Assembly: GCF_009914755.1 (NCBI RefSeq)
Contig: NC_060946.1
DNA from: the human T2T-CHM13v2.0 reference genome, Homo sapiens
Length of the DNA: 64,000 bases
Direction: 5' to 3' (one strand)
Below the pieces are notes generated by a model, which saw only the letters and a list, made by a program, of their open reading frames with translations, was not told where the DNA came from and did not search any database. Positions 14,985 through 28,845 of the stretch are shown in pieces. How positions within the stretch are numbered: the first letter of the stretch is position 1; every line of letters begins with the position of its first letter. A program made the translations under genes and the position numbers.

Positions 14985-15588
14985 GGGTTAGGCAGAATAA
15001 TTGCCCCCCACCAAAGACAGCCAAATCCCAGTCTTCAGATAAGGTGAACATTTACGTTAGCATGTTCAAAGGGACTTGGCAGATGTGATTACCATTAAGG
15101 GCATTGAAATGGGGAAATTACCTTGAATTACCTTGGTGAGTCCAATCTAATCTCATAATTCCTTGAGAGCAGAGAATATTTTCTGGATGCTGAGATTCAG
15201 ACAGATGGCAGTATGAGAAAGGTGTGGCCTGCTATTACTGGCTTTTAAAACAGTGGTAGGGGGCCACAAGCCAAGGAAAGCCAGTGACCTTTAGAAGCTG
15301 AGAATGACCCAAAGTTTACAACCAGGAAGAAACTGAGGATCTATAACCACAAGGAACTGAATTCTGCCAACAACCCAGATGCTCTTTTAGAGCCTTCAGA
15401 AAGAAATGCAGCCTGCCAACATCTTGATGTTAGTTCAGTGAGAGCCATGCCAGATTTCCAACCAAAACAATTCTAAGACAATAAGTTTGTGTGTGTTTTT
15501 TAAAACTGACTCAAATCTTACAAAAATGTGTTCTTTTAAGCCACTGAATTTGTGGTAAATTGTTACAGCAGGAATAGAAAACTGATAC
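14985..15588 (+). mobile_element. MLT1 (ERVL-MaLR) LTR
   Basis: gcagaataattgcccc start; ends tgtggtaaattgttacagcaggaatagaaaactgataca. Confidence 0.85.
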
Positions 15589-16589
15589 AACCCTAGAGAA
15601 AGTCTTGTACATGTGCTCTATAAACACACAGCAGAATTTTTTTTAACTTTTTATTGAGTTAAAAAATATATATATAATTTACCATCTGTACATTTTTAGA
15701 GGACAGTTTAGTGGTGATAAATACATTTATATTTTCTTCTCTTAATCTCCTCTTCCCACTCCCCTTGCTGGCCTCTAGCAACCATCAATTTACTTTCTAT
15801 CTTCATGAGATCCACTTTTTTACTGCCCACATATGAATGACAACATGTGATATTTGCCTTTCTGTGCTTGGCTCATTCCACTTAACATAATGGCCTATGT
15901 TCATTACGTTAAGCCAAATGGCCAGCGCCACCTATGTTGCTGTGAATGACAGAATTTCATTCTTTGTATCTGAGTAGTATTCCATTATGTATATATATGA
16001 CTTTTAAAATCTATTGTTGATGAGCACTTACACTGATTCCATATTTTGTCTACTGTGAATAGTGCTGCAGTACACATCGGCATGTAGATATGTCTTTGAT
16101 ACATTAATTTCCTTTATTTTGGATATATATCCAGTAAAGAAATTGCTGGACCACATGGTAGTTCTATTTTTACTTTTTGAGGAACCTCCATACTGTTCTC
16201 CATAGTGGCTTTATTAATGTAGATTCCCACCAACAGTGTACTAGTATTTCCCTTTCTCCACATCCTTGCCAGCATCTGTTATTGCCTGTCCTTTTGAAAC
16301 AAGTCATTTCAACCAAGGTGAGATGATATTGCATTGTGATTTTGATTTGCATTTCTTTGACGATTAGTGATATTGAACATTTTTTCATCTTCCTATTGGC
16401 CATTTGTATGTCTTCTTTTGAGAAAATATCTGTTCAGATCTTTTGCCCATTTTTAAATTGTATTTATTTATATAATTTTAACTATTATTTTTTTAGAAGC
16501 AAGGTCTTGCTTTGTCACCCAAGCTAAAGGGCAGTAGCATAATCATAGCTCACTGTAACCTCAAACTCCTGGGATTAAGAAATCCTCCT

Positions 16590-16898
16590 GACCGGGCGCG
16601 GTGGCTCATGCCTGTAATCCCAGCACTTTGGGAGGCCGAGGCGGGCGGATCACGAGGTCAGGAGATCGGGACCATCCTGGCTAACACGGTGAAACCCCGT
16701 CTCTACTAAAAATACAAAAAATTAGCCGGGCTTGGTGCCGGGCGCCTGTAGTCCCAGCTACTCAGGAGGCTGAGGCAGGAGAATGCCATGAACCCCGGGG
16801 GAGCAGAGCCTGCAGTGAGCCGAGATCGCGCCACTGCACTCCAACCTGGGCGACAGCGAGACTCCATCTCAAAAAAAAAAAAAGAAAAGAAAAGAAAA
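16590..16898 (+). mobile_element. AluY nested in an antisense AluJ-type fragment, itself inside L1
   Basis: TSD aagaaatcctcct at 16577-16589 and 16899-16911 splits the host Alu. Confidence 0.92.
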
Positions 16899-17207
16899 AA
16901 GAAATCCTCCTACCTCAGCCTCTTCAGTAGCCCATTTTTCAATCAGATTTTTTGTTTGTTTATTATTGAGTTGTTTGAGCTCCTTATATATTCTACTTGT
17001 TAATCCTTTATCAGATAGATAGTTTGAAAATATTTTGTCCCATTCTGCGGTTGGCTCTTCACTTTGTTGATTGTTTCCTTTGCTTGAGGCTTTTTAGTTT
17101 GATATAATCCCATTGTCTATTTTTGCTTTTGTTGCCTGTGCTTCCGAGGTCTTACGCAAAAAAATCTTTGCCCAGACTAATGTCCTGGAGCATTTCTCCT
17201 ATGCTTT

Positions 17208-17445
17208 CTTTTTTTCTTTTTTTTTTTTTTTCACGCCATTCTCTTGCCTCAGCCTCCCGAGTAGCTGGGACTACAGGCGCCCACCATCATGCCCCGCTAA
17301 TTTTTTTTTTTTTTGTATTTTTAGTAGAGACAGAGTTTCACCGTGTTAGCCAGGGTGGTCTCGATCTCCTGACCTTGTGATCCGCCCGCCTTGACCTCCC
17401 AAAGTGCTGAGATTACACTTTGGGAGTGAGCCACCGCGCCCGGCC
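17208..17445 (-). mobile_element. AluY lacking the 3' part of the right monomer
   Basis: Poly-T joins directly to cacgccattctc. TSD tcctatgcttt at 17197-17207 and 17448-17458. Confidence 0.9.
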
Positions 17446-18200
17446 TTTCCTATGCTTTTTTTTTTTTACTAGCTTCATAGTTTCAGGTTTCAGATTCAAG
17501 TCTTTAATCCATTTTTATTTGATTTGATTTTTGTGTATGGTAAGATGGGTTTAATTTTATCCTTCTGCATATAGTTATTCAGTTTTCCCAGGATCATTTA
17601 TTGAAAAGACTGTTGTTTTCCCAGTGTATGTTCTTCATGCCTTTGTCAGAGATGAGTTGTTTGTAAATGTGTAGATTTGTCTGCGATCTCTATTCTGTTC
17701 CACTGTCCTATGTGTCTGTTTTTATGCCAGTAGAAATATATTGGCAATAATTAGTACAGAAAAGCTGAAACAATGAAATGACAAAAGTGAAGTATACTGA
17801 TATAATTCATTATGCTCACTAAATACAATAGCATACAGCTAGGAAAACAATGTAGTGCACACGGTATTAAAATACAACACAATTCAATATACACAGTGCT
17901 CACAGTGGCCATCGTTAGAGTGTTGAAGAAGGGGATGCAGTCAGCAAAAGTTGTACAGGTGACTTCAAAAGTAATCATAAGCACTTATGATTACTTTTGG
18001 CTTAATTTCTTAAACCAAGACTGGAGACACAGGTGTTCATTATGTGCTTATTATATATATAAAATAAATATTTTATAAATATATTGTTTCTATTCAGTAT
18101 TTAATAAAGTAAATCAATAGAAAAGGTTAAAAAGCAATGCACACATATTTCAAATATTTTTTGCTCCAAATTATAGAAACATTGCATAGTTATTGCCCTG

Positions 18201-18407
18201 GGCCTGGCAAGGTGACTCACACCTCTCATCCTAGCACCTTAGGAGACTGAGGCAGGAGGATAGCTTCAGCCCCAGAGGTCAAGGCTGCAGTGAACCTTAA
18301 TTGCACAACTGCACTCCAGCCTAGGTGACACAGCAAGACGCTGTCTGAAGATAAAAATAAAAATAAGTTAATAAATAAATATATGTTTATATATTAACTG
18401 ATTTTAT

Positions 18408-18441
<34 letters not shown>
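18201..18441 (+). mobile_element. Alu monomer/partial Alu followed by (TA)n at 18412-18441
   Basis: Degenerate Alu motifs, A-rich tail, TA repeat. Confidence 0.75.
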
Positions 18442-18449
<8 letters not shown>

Positions 18450-21400
18450 CTTGGTCTATAGGCAATCTTACAGTGCTTAAGACTTTGATACTGAGAACAG
18501 ATCTCCTAGGTATATGCTGTGTTTCTGGGGTGACATGATGCTTTCATCTGGCCTCCATGAGCCTAATTCTATCTTACATTTACCCCACTCTTCAACAACA
18601 ACTTGGGGATGTGTCCCTAAACATTCCTAGGTGAACCCAAACCTGTGGCCCTCAACACATTTCTAGGTAAAGCAAGCTCCTGACATATCTGTGGACATCC
18701 TCTCATTGGAAGAAGGGGGAAGAGACCATCTCAAAATAATTCATTTAATATAGCTTTTCAGCATTAATTTTATTTTGATAAAGAGACACACAGTAAATAA
18801 AATTTCTAAAAAACTATAAACTTTCAAGCATTCTCACGCTAAATCTAGCCCTGCTCACATGCCAGGGAAATATAAAGGTAATCTGTTTCTTAACCTGACC
18901 AGGATGCTACAGTAATTAAAAATAAACTCAATCCCTGGATCCCTACCAAAGGGTCATTTCATACGGATCAAAGTTCTGGTAAAATGGTAAAATTATTTGT
19001 CTGGAAATAGACTAATTCTCCAAAATATAATTGAAATAACAGCCTCTGGAAAGGGCCAAATACGACTCTTAATGATACAACAGCTAAATATAGGTCTGAT
19101 GCTCATTCCGTGTGGACAATAGCAGCCATTCCCACAAATGGCTGATTTGTGGGAAGTAAACACTACTTTTGCAGAATCTTACATGATTTCAGTAGAAGGG
19201 CAAGGACATTTCAGTTGGGAACAGATTGCTCCATGGTAATGTGATCACTATGTACCCAACAATGGCTCTTTCTTCCTAGCGTCAATGCAGATGTTATTTT
19301 CACCTTAACTATTATCATTGCTGTTTCTAACCACATAAAAGTGTATCCTTTATATATCTGAAGTAAATTCATACTAGTGATGTAACATCTCCAGCCATAT
19401 AAGTGTAAAAACAGAAACCGTATGATGTGTTTACTTACTGTTTTATACTCCTAACGCATGAAGAGAAGATCCTTTTATTCATTGCCTATACTTTTATTTC
19501 TAAACTTTCTGTAACACTTTATCTTATATCCAGCATAGAATTGAGATTTGCTCTTTGATTTAATCTGACAATATTTTTTCCTCTAGTAAGAGTCAAGCCC
19601 ACTTACTTTTAATGATAAATTGTGTTTGGTTATATTTTGAATACTGTATATGATGCTATGATTTATATGCGCATATCTGTCTTTTGCTGTCTTGTTTTTA
19701 TTGCTTTTGTTTTGATGTTGGATATTTGGAAGAGTTAAACTTTTATTCTGATGGCTACCTTATGTAATTTCATAAAATCATCTTTTTCTTTAGACAGTAG
19801 CTAATGTCTCTAAACTAAGAACAATGGTATTAGCTGTATTCTCTTTCTTGTCCTCCCTATGTGATTTTTCATCCCACAATTTGATTTAATCGTATTAACT
19901 TTGTTTCCCCTGGTGCCATTAAGTATGCTTACATTTCTATAAACAATATCCTTTGACTCCCAGGTATTACAGATGAGCAGTCAGTAAAATCATTCTGAGG
20001 AATACTTTCTCTTTCCTTTTCTTCCATTTTTCTTAGTTGTATCATTTCTATATTGCCAGAGCACCTACAGTTGCATTTCTTTCTGTCAGCTTTATCCAAC
20101 ATTTGTTTTTGTCTTTTATTTGAAGTTAAATATATTCCTTGCTCACTACAGCACTGGGGGAAGGAAGGTTTCTGTTGTCATTGTTGCGCTTGTACAGTTG
20201 TTTATTTAAAAACATTGGCGAAAACAAAAATTGTATGTAGATGGAATGGAGATAAGACAGAAAATGAGAGAGACTGATGATGAGTGTGCTTATTCTAGAC
20301 TGGGAGGCGTGCTACACTGAGCAGTGTCTCCCAGGCTGCAGGAAAGGATGGTTGATTGTGAGCAGGTGGACTTTCCACTGGAGGAGAGAAGTCGTGCGCT
20401 CAACAACCTGTGCAGAACCAGAAACTGGTAATGCTTCAAATCAACTTACAGACCTGGAGGTAGAAATTTAAGAAAACTCGTTTAGCACCTAGTTTCCTAG
20501 AAAATATTAGCTACTATTTGCTGAGCATCTGTCAAGTCTGTCTGTAGCATGGAAGATCTGAGTACAGGGGAAACTGGATTAGTAACAGTGGGTCAGAAAA
20601 TTATATAATATTCAACCAAAATTCCTGCTTTACATACACAGCACCTGGTATTTCCAGAACTAGAAGGTAAAGAAATTATTTGTGCTTGAACTTGCAGAAA
20701 ACTGCCTTTTCCCTTCTTCTCTTGCATCTTAACCTGGAGCTTCCCTTTTCTTGAGCCTCAGTGTGCTTCCCAACTCAATTTATAATTGACTTCCTGCAGT
20801 TTCTCCTTAGGACAGGGCTTTGTTTTGGGGGTGGTTAATTTGTAGGGTTCATAGGAAACAGACCACTCACAGCACCTGCTTTTTGCCATCCTCACTCTCA
20901 GCTATGAGCTGAGGCCCAGGAAGCTTTCTGCCAGCCTCAGCTGCTGTTCTCAGATTAATCTGCTGAGTTCTTTTTGCCTAGTAAGAATCTCTGAATTTAG
21001 GAATATAGATGTTAGCGCTTGCATTTCTAGGTTTTCCAGTTCCCAGGGCCATTAAACATTTTTTCCCTTTCCTTTCCTTCTTCCAAAAACATTGGTGATT
21101 CCCCTGGGTCCCTGTGGTTTAACCTCACAAATGGTCCATGATGACACCCTGTTACATTGTTTTGTCATAGTTAATACCTTGTTATCCCATTTGCTCAGTC
21201 AGTTTTTGTGAGAGATTCAGGGATATTAATAAAACTGTGCTGCTACTGCTACTAACATCTTGCGTAAAAGCCCTATTAATTAAAATGTTTATTTTGCATG
21301 TGATTTGAACTTGTAATTTGTATTCAAAGTTTTTCAACAGAGATCCAGAAAAGACCCTCCTTATATTTTTTTTGTGCATTGCAACACTTTTTAGTGAAAA

Positions 21401-22870
21401 AAAAAACATGAGAACAACACAAGTGATTTTAAAAGAATAAACCTACAATCCATTAATTATAAAATGAAATACTATGCAGGTGTTAAGAATGAGGGACTCA
21501 ATAAGAACTTGTGTGGGGTAACTATAAACTTTTAAAAAATAAATTTAATGCTCATGTGACCATATTATCGTTAAAAAAAATACAAGCATACTTGCACACA
21601 CCTTCAAGCAAAATGGGTACACGCATTTAAAAATATTTAAATTAAGTAAATGGCCCAATAATTTAACTTTGTACAATTCTATGTTCTCTGATTATTTTAT
21701 ATGCTAGAAACAGGCATTGCTGTTTTGCCTATTTCATTTGAAATAATTGTAGTCACATGAGGTTTAAGTTATAATACAGAGAGGTCACATATGCCTATTT
21801 TCTAATTGGATACCTTATTTATTACTATTGAGTTTTGAGAATTGTTTACATATGCTAGATGTAAGTTCTTTGTCAGATATATGGTATGCAAATTATTTCT
21901 CCCAGTCTGTAATTCATTTTTTCAACCTCTTTACAGGGTCTTTCGAAGTAAAAAAAAAGTATTTATTTATTTTAATGAAGTCCAGTTTTATCACTTTTTC
22001 CTTTTGTAGATTTTGTTTTTGATATGAAGCCTAAAAATTCTTTGCGTAGCCCAAGGTCTCAAGAGTTTTCTTCTATTTTAAAAAGTTTAATGAATTTATT
22101 TATTTATTAATTATTTTTGAGACGAGGTTTTGCCCAAGCTGTAGTGCAGTGGTGTCATCATTGCTCACTGCAGCCACTAACTGCTGGATTGAAGTGATAC
22201 TTCCACCTCAGCCACTTGAGTAGTAGCTGGGATTACAGGCACGAGCTACCATACACAACTTTAAGTTTTATAATATTACATTTTACATTTAAGCCTGTGA
22301 TTTATGTGAGCTAAATTTTATATAAAGTATAAATTTAGGTCAGTCTTAGTTTTTGTACCTGTGAATGTCCAATTGCTCTAGCACCATTTGTTGAAAAAGA
22401 TATCCTTCCTTTAAACTGATTTTGCATCCTTGTTAAAAAAAAAAATCAGTTGAATGTAGTGTGGTCTGCCACCTTTTAATAAGATAAAAACATTGACACT
22501 CACCAGATATCGAAGTTTAGAAATTTTTTTAAAGCTAAACTTCTGAAAATAGAATAAAAACACCTTCACATGTCAAATTAGTCACTTTGTATAGGACTAA
22601 TTCATTTAAATATATTAAAATACAAAATAATTCAAACCACTAAAGTGATAATACAAGACTATAAATTAAAGGCTAATTATTAAGTCAAATTGCTGTATTC
22701 TACGTGTTAGAGTGAGTTCAAAAGATCCATTGTATTACTGAATAGGCAAAAGTTTTAATTTCAGAGGATGAAACTGATATATTACTGCCACCTTGTGGCT
22801 ATTCTGTTATTACAGGCTATTATAAAAAGCAATGCGGGTATGTAATCTGTTCTAACAAGAAGCATTTCCT

Positions 22871-23110
22871 TTTTTTGTCGTTTTTATTATTGTTATTATT
22901 ACATTTTAAGTTCTGAGATACATGTACAGAACGTGGAGGTTTGTTACATAGGTATACACATGCCATGGTGGTTTACTGCACCCATCAACCCATCATCTAC
23001 ATTAGGTATTTCTCCTAATGCTATCCCTCCCCCAGCCTCCCACCCCCTTGACAGGCCCCGGTATGTGATGTTCCCCTCCCTGTGTCCATGTGTTCTCATT
23101 GTTCAACTCA
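22871..23110 (-). mobile_element. 5'-truncated L1PA 3' end
   Basis: Antisense L1PA 3' UTR. TSD agaagcattt(c/t)ct at 22858-22870 and 23121-23133. Confidence 0.9.
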
Positions 23111-23188
23111 AAAGAAAAACAGAAGCATTTTCTGCTTTCCCAATTTCTTAAATACAATGCAACTTTATGTTTAATTTAACTAACTTAA

Positions 23189-23480
23189 TTTTTTGAGACA
23201 AGGTCTAGCTCTGTTGCCCAGGCTGGAGTGGCGTGGCGTGAATATGGTTCAGTGAAACCTCCACCTCCCTGGCTCAAGTGATCCTCCTTCCTCAGCCTCT
23301 CGAGTAGCTAGGACCACAGGCACGCACCACCATGGCCAGCTAATTTCTTTTTTATTTTTTGTAGAGATGAGGTCTCACTTTGTTGTCCACGCTGGTCTCA
23401 AACTCCTGGGCTCAAAGGATCCTCTTGCCATGGCCTCCCACAGCGCTGGGATTTATAGGTGTGTGCCATGGCACCAGGCC
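23189..23480 (-). mobile_element. Alu (AluJ-like)
   Basis: Antisense dimer. Confidence 0.9.
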
Positions 23481-23725
23481 TAAGCAACTGTAGAGAAGCC
23501 TTTTTTTCTTTCATAAAAACAGTTGTAGATATTTTCCTTATGGAATTTATTTGTGGTGAAATATTTTAATAGACAGTTTAATTTGTTAAATAATTTGTCT
23601 CCGATAATAATAATTGATTAATATTAAAACTACAAAACAAGTAGGGTCTTCTTTTTCTATGAAAAATGAAAGTTGATTTTGACATTTATGTAAACATTTT
23701 AAATATTCAAAGTATATAAATGTGA

Positions 23726-25966
23726 AGTCCTATCAAGAGTAATTAAACAAGAGAAAGAAATAAAGGGCATTCAAATCGGAAAGGAGAACATCAAATTTTT
23801 CCTATTTGCAGATGACATGATCTTATATATAGGAAAACCTGAAGACTCTACCAGAAAACTTTTAGAACAAACAAATTCAGTGAAGTTGCAAGACACAAAA
23901 CTAATACACAAAGATTGGTTGCATTTATATATATGAACAACAAACTCGCTGAAAAAGAAATTAAGAAGGCAAACCCATTTACAATAGTTACCAAAAAAAA
24001 AAACCCAGACATAAATGTAACCAAGGAGGTAAAATGAAAACTACAAAACACTAATGAAAGAAATTGAAGAGGATACAAACAAATGAAAAGACATTCACAC
24101 TCATGGATCAGAAATATGAATGTTGTTAAAGTGACAGTACTACTCAAAAGCAACCTACAGATTCAATGCAATCTCTATCAAAATACCTATGAACATTCTT
24201 CACAAAATTAAAAAAAAATCCAAAGAGATTTTATGGAATCAAAAAATATCCTGAATAGCCAAAGCCATCCTAAGCAAAAAGAACAAAACTGGATGTATCA
24301 TGCTACCAGACCTCAGAATATACTACAAAACTGTAGTAACCAAAACATCACGGTATTGGCATAAAAACAGACACATAGACCTATGGAATAGAATAAAGAA
24401 CCCAGAAAATCCACATATCTCAGCCAACGGATTTTTTACAAAGGCGCCAAGAACACTCATTGGGGAACGGGTAGTCTCTTCAATAAATGGTGCTGGAAAA
24501 ACTGGATATCCATATGCAGAAGAATGAAACTAGACCCCTGCCTCTCACCCTATACAAAAATCAACTCAAGTATCTCAAATACCCAAATATAAGACCCCAA
24601 ATGGTAAAGCTACTAGAAGAAAACATAGGGGAGATCCTTCAGGACATTGCTCTGGGAAAATATTTTATGAATAAGGCATCAAAAGCACAGGCAACAAAAG
24701 AAAAAATAAACAAATGGGATCACATCAAGCTAAAAATCTTCTGCACAGCAAAGGAAATAATAAAGTGAGTGAAAAGACAACCTACAGAATGGGAGAAAAT
24801 ATAAACTACTCATCTGGCAGGAAATTAATATCAAGAATATACAAGGAATTCAAACATATCAACAGCAAAGAAGCACAACAATCTAATTAAATATAAACAA
24901 ATGCTCTGAACAGACATTTCTCAAAAGAAGACATACAAATGACCAACAAATAAATGAAAAAATGTGCAACATCACTAATCAGCAAGGAAATGCTAATCAA
25001 AGCCACAGTGAGGCATCATCTTACTCCAGTTAGGATGGCTATTATAGAAGAGACAAAAATAACAAATGCTGACAAAGACGTGAAGAAAAGGGACTTTTTT
25101 TTTGACAGAGTCTCACTCTCCGTCCAGGCTGGAGTGCAGTGGTGGTGTAATATGGCTCCCTCTGCTCCTAGGGTTCAAATAGTTCTCCTCCCTCAGCCTC
25201 TTGAGTAGCTGGAGAAAAAGGAACTCTTATGCACTGTTGGTAGGAATGTAAATTAGTGCAGCCAGTATGGAGAACAGTATTGAAACCCCTCAAGCAATCC
25301 CACTACTGGGAATTTGTCCAAAGGAAAGAAAAGCATTATATTGCAGAGACATCTGCATCCCCATGTTTATTGCAACAGTGTTCACAATAGCCAAGATATG
25401 GAATCAACCTAGGTTTCCAACAACAGATGAATGGATTTTTAAAATGTGGTATATATACACCAAGGAATGCTATTTAGCCATAAAAAAGAATAAATAAAAT
25501 CCTGTCATTCTCAGCAACATGGATGGAACTGGAGGATATTATGTTAAGCAAAATAAGCCAGGAATAGAAATTTCAACACCACATGTTCTCACTCACGCAG
25601 AAGCTAAAAAAAAAGTTGATCTCATAGAAGTAAAAAGTAGAACAGAGGATACTGCAGGCTGAAAAGGGTAGGGAGAAAGGAGGAATAGTAAGAGATTTGT
25701 TAATGGATACAAAATTACAGCTAGGTAGGAGTAATAAGTTCTAGTGTTCTATAGTACTGTAGATGGCTATAGTTAACAATACTATATTATGTAGTTTAAA
25801 ATACCTAGGAGTAGTTTGAATGTTCCCAACACAAAGAAATAATAAATGTTTGAGATGATAGATATGCTAATTACCCTGATCTGATCACCATCTACATGTA
25901 CTGAAACATCCCCGTATAGCCATGAGTATGTATAATCTTTGTCAATTTAAAAAGTAAAAAAAAAAA
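23726..25966 (+). mobile_element. L1 (L1MA-like) ORF2 3' half and 3' UTR; partial antisense Alu at about 25095-25212
   Basis: LFADDM RT motif near 23805; ORF2 remnants ([30 protein letters not shown]); poly-A end. Confidence 0.92.
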
Positions 25967-26082
25967 TTAATCTTGGAGAATGCATTTGAAGAACTTGTAC
26001 TCAAGAAATCAACTTAAGAACCTGAGTCTCCTTGGAATTTGTGTTTTCTAGACCAGTACTTCTCCAAATTAAAGCAAATTTA

Positions 26083-26381
26083 GGCTGGGCATGGTGGCCC
26101 ATGTCTATAATCTCAGCACTTTGGAAGGCCGAGGCGGGCAGATCACTTGAGGTCAGGAGTTCGAGACCAGCTGACCCAACATTGTGAAACCCTGTCTCTA
26201 CTAAAAATACAAAAATTAGCTGGGCATGATGGCATGTGCCTGTAATCCCAGCTACTTTGGAGGCCGAGGCAAGATAATCGCTTGAACTGGAGAGGTGGAA
26301 GTTGCAGTGAGCCGAGATTGCACCACTGCGCTCCAGCCTGGGCAACAGAGCAAGACTCTGTCTCAAAAAAAAAAAAAAAAA
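26083..26381 (+). mobile_element. Alu (AluS-like)
   Basis: Full dimer; TSD aaagc(a/g)aattta. Confidence 0.95.
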
Positions 26382-26779
26382 GCGAATTTAGTTCACTTTG
26401 GTATTGTGTCAAAATGTTGATTCTTTTAAAGTAAACCTAAAGAATTTAGATGTAGTTGAAGCTTGTCATCTGTTCTTAATTTTTTAATAAAAATATAATA
26501 TTTAGATTCAGAGTAAATCTAAAGTGAGACCTGAAGCTGCTCCCAGGTGATACTGATGCTGCTTATTTTTGCCCAGATTTTGAGTCACAAGGTTCTAAAT
26601 TATTGGTTTGAAGTCCTACATGAGTAATCACTTGGGGAGCTCAATTAACATCCAGCAACAGACTAATTATTAATAAACCAGAATCTTCAGTATTAGGCTT
26701 CAATCATTGGCAATTTTTTTTTTTTTTTTGACACTCAGTCTCCCACTGTCGCCCAGGCTGAAGTCCTGAGGCCAGAATG

Positions 26780-27860
26780 AGACTAGGACATGGTTCCTTT
26801 GCCTAAGTAAAGTGAGGCAGACAATGGAATACTTCAGACTTCAAATGAGTATGGTAAGTGCTATGAAGAGTATGATTAGAGTTCATTATTTACCCAGAAA
26901 AGGGTCACTCAGCCCAGCCTGGGAGTTAGAGAAGGTTTCCTGAAGTCTTGACATGTGAGTCATGAAAGGACATAAGGAGTTAACCATGTGACAAAATAAG
27001 CTAAGAGAATTCTCAACAAAAGACAAAATATTGGCAAAGGCTTTTAGGCATATACTAGCTTCGTATTATTGGGAGAATGTAATGATTTTCTGTATTTCAA
27101 AAGTGTGAAATACAAAGTGGGCCATGATATGAGATAAACCAGTTTAATATGTTCTGGGAACAGATCATAGAAGGGCGTGTATGCTGTCCTAAGGAGCTTA
27201 AACTTCAACTTCAGTTCACGGGAGCCAATGACAAGATCTGAGCAGGGGAAGGATGTGGCTAGAGGGGCATTTTAGACAGACAAGATCCTCTGTGGATTAC
27301 ACCTAGGCTAAGCAATGGGTTAAAGTTGTTGTCTTAAGACAATAGTCCAGGTAAAAGATAATATAGTTTTAAATTGGGATGTTAGTAGGAATGAGGAAGA
27401 GGGATGGATTTCAGAAATAGTAAGGAAATGTATTAGCAGGACTTGATTAGTGATTGACTTGGGGAAGGAGGGGAAGATAGAGTTCAGGATGACTCCGAGA
27501 CTGTCTGGTGTCGGTGGCTAATGACTGAAGCTATTAATAGAGGTAGGAAATGCAGACCAAAAGCAGGCCCGGGGTGAGAGATGATAAATTTGAATTTTAA
27601 CATGTTGAGTTTGGACATCCAGGGTGAAATAACCACAAAACATTTAAATATACGAATCTGAAAAGGTAAGCATCATAAGCATATTAGCTATTGGTAAAAT
27701 TCTGATACTTAATGAAGTCTCGCAGGGAGGCAGTACAGAGGCAAGCTAATGGGCTGGGGATAAAACATAGGGAAATATTATTTAAATAAAGATGAAAGAA
27801 AAGGAGCCCACAAAGGAAACTGAAAAGGCATAGTCAAAAAAAGAGGCTTGCCAGAGTGCC
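26780..27860 (-). mobile_element. L2 fragment
   Basis: Degenerate antisense L2 ORF2-like purine-rich sequence. Boundaries approximate. Confidence 0.6.
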
Positions 27861-28124
27861 ACCTTTGAAGCTCTGCTGTTACACTTTATAAGGAAACTTT
27901 TGGTTACCTGGGATTGCATGCATTTATAAAAGTTTCTATTATTAGGAAGACAATAATAATGATAAGGCTCTTTCTCATTGTTGTCAGTGTAATTTATCTA
28001 TTTAATTATAGAACCTAGTTCCAGGATGCTTAATCTGAAGTATATACTTGGGGCAAAATGAATTATATCTTAATAATAATCTGGAATTTTTCTCTCTAAC
28101 TTGACATATTTTAATTCTTGCTAG

Positions 28125-28226
28125 ATTTTCAAAACGTCATACCTCGAACCACCACCAGATGGCTATGAGAATGTTACAAATATTGTGCCACCATATAATG
28201 CTTTCTCAGCCCAAGGCATGCCAGAG
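28125..28226 (+). pseudogene. NAALAD2: Isolated NAALAD2-type coding exon (glutamate carboxypeptidase II/III family; equivalent to FOLH1 exon 4)
   Basis: ttcttgctag|ATT...CCAGAG|gtaaaa; 102 nt, phase 0-0, encoding [34 protein letters not shown]. Neighbouring exons not found. The symbol names the parent gene. Confidence 0.9.
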
Positions 28227-28531
28227 GTAAAATAAAATACATTTGTAACTCAAGTCTTTAAATGGTTCTTTTGCTATATAAAACCTGTATAGAGGACTAA
28301 AACCAAGGAAATTAGGTGAATCATTCATGTGGATTCATTGTTTGATATTCAGTACTATGAAAACCTCATCCCTCAAATTTAAAAAATTATAATAAAATAG
28401 AAAAGAACACCAGACAGAGAAAAAAGAAACAAAACAAATACATTAAAAACTGACCCTGCTGAAGCAGATGCCACTCTTTGAAATAACAAAGAAACTGCTG
28501 AACACGCCTTTAATTCAGTGAGGCAGTAGGT

Positions 28532-28845
<314 letters not shown>

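Larger units (their letters stand above)
15640..17740 (-). mobile_element. L1M 3' region (ORF2 C-terminus and 3' UTR) interrupted by Alus
   Basis: ORF 16170-16403 ([29 protein letters not shown]...HCWWE) is an L1 ORF2 C-terminal remnant. Confidence 0.9.
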
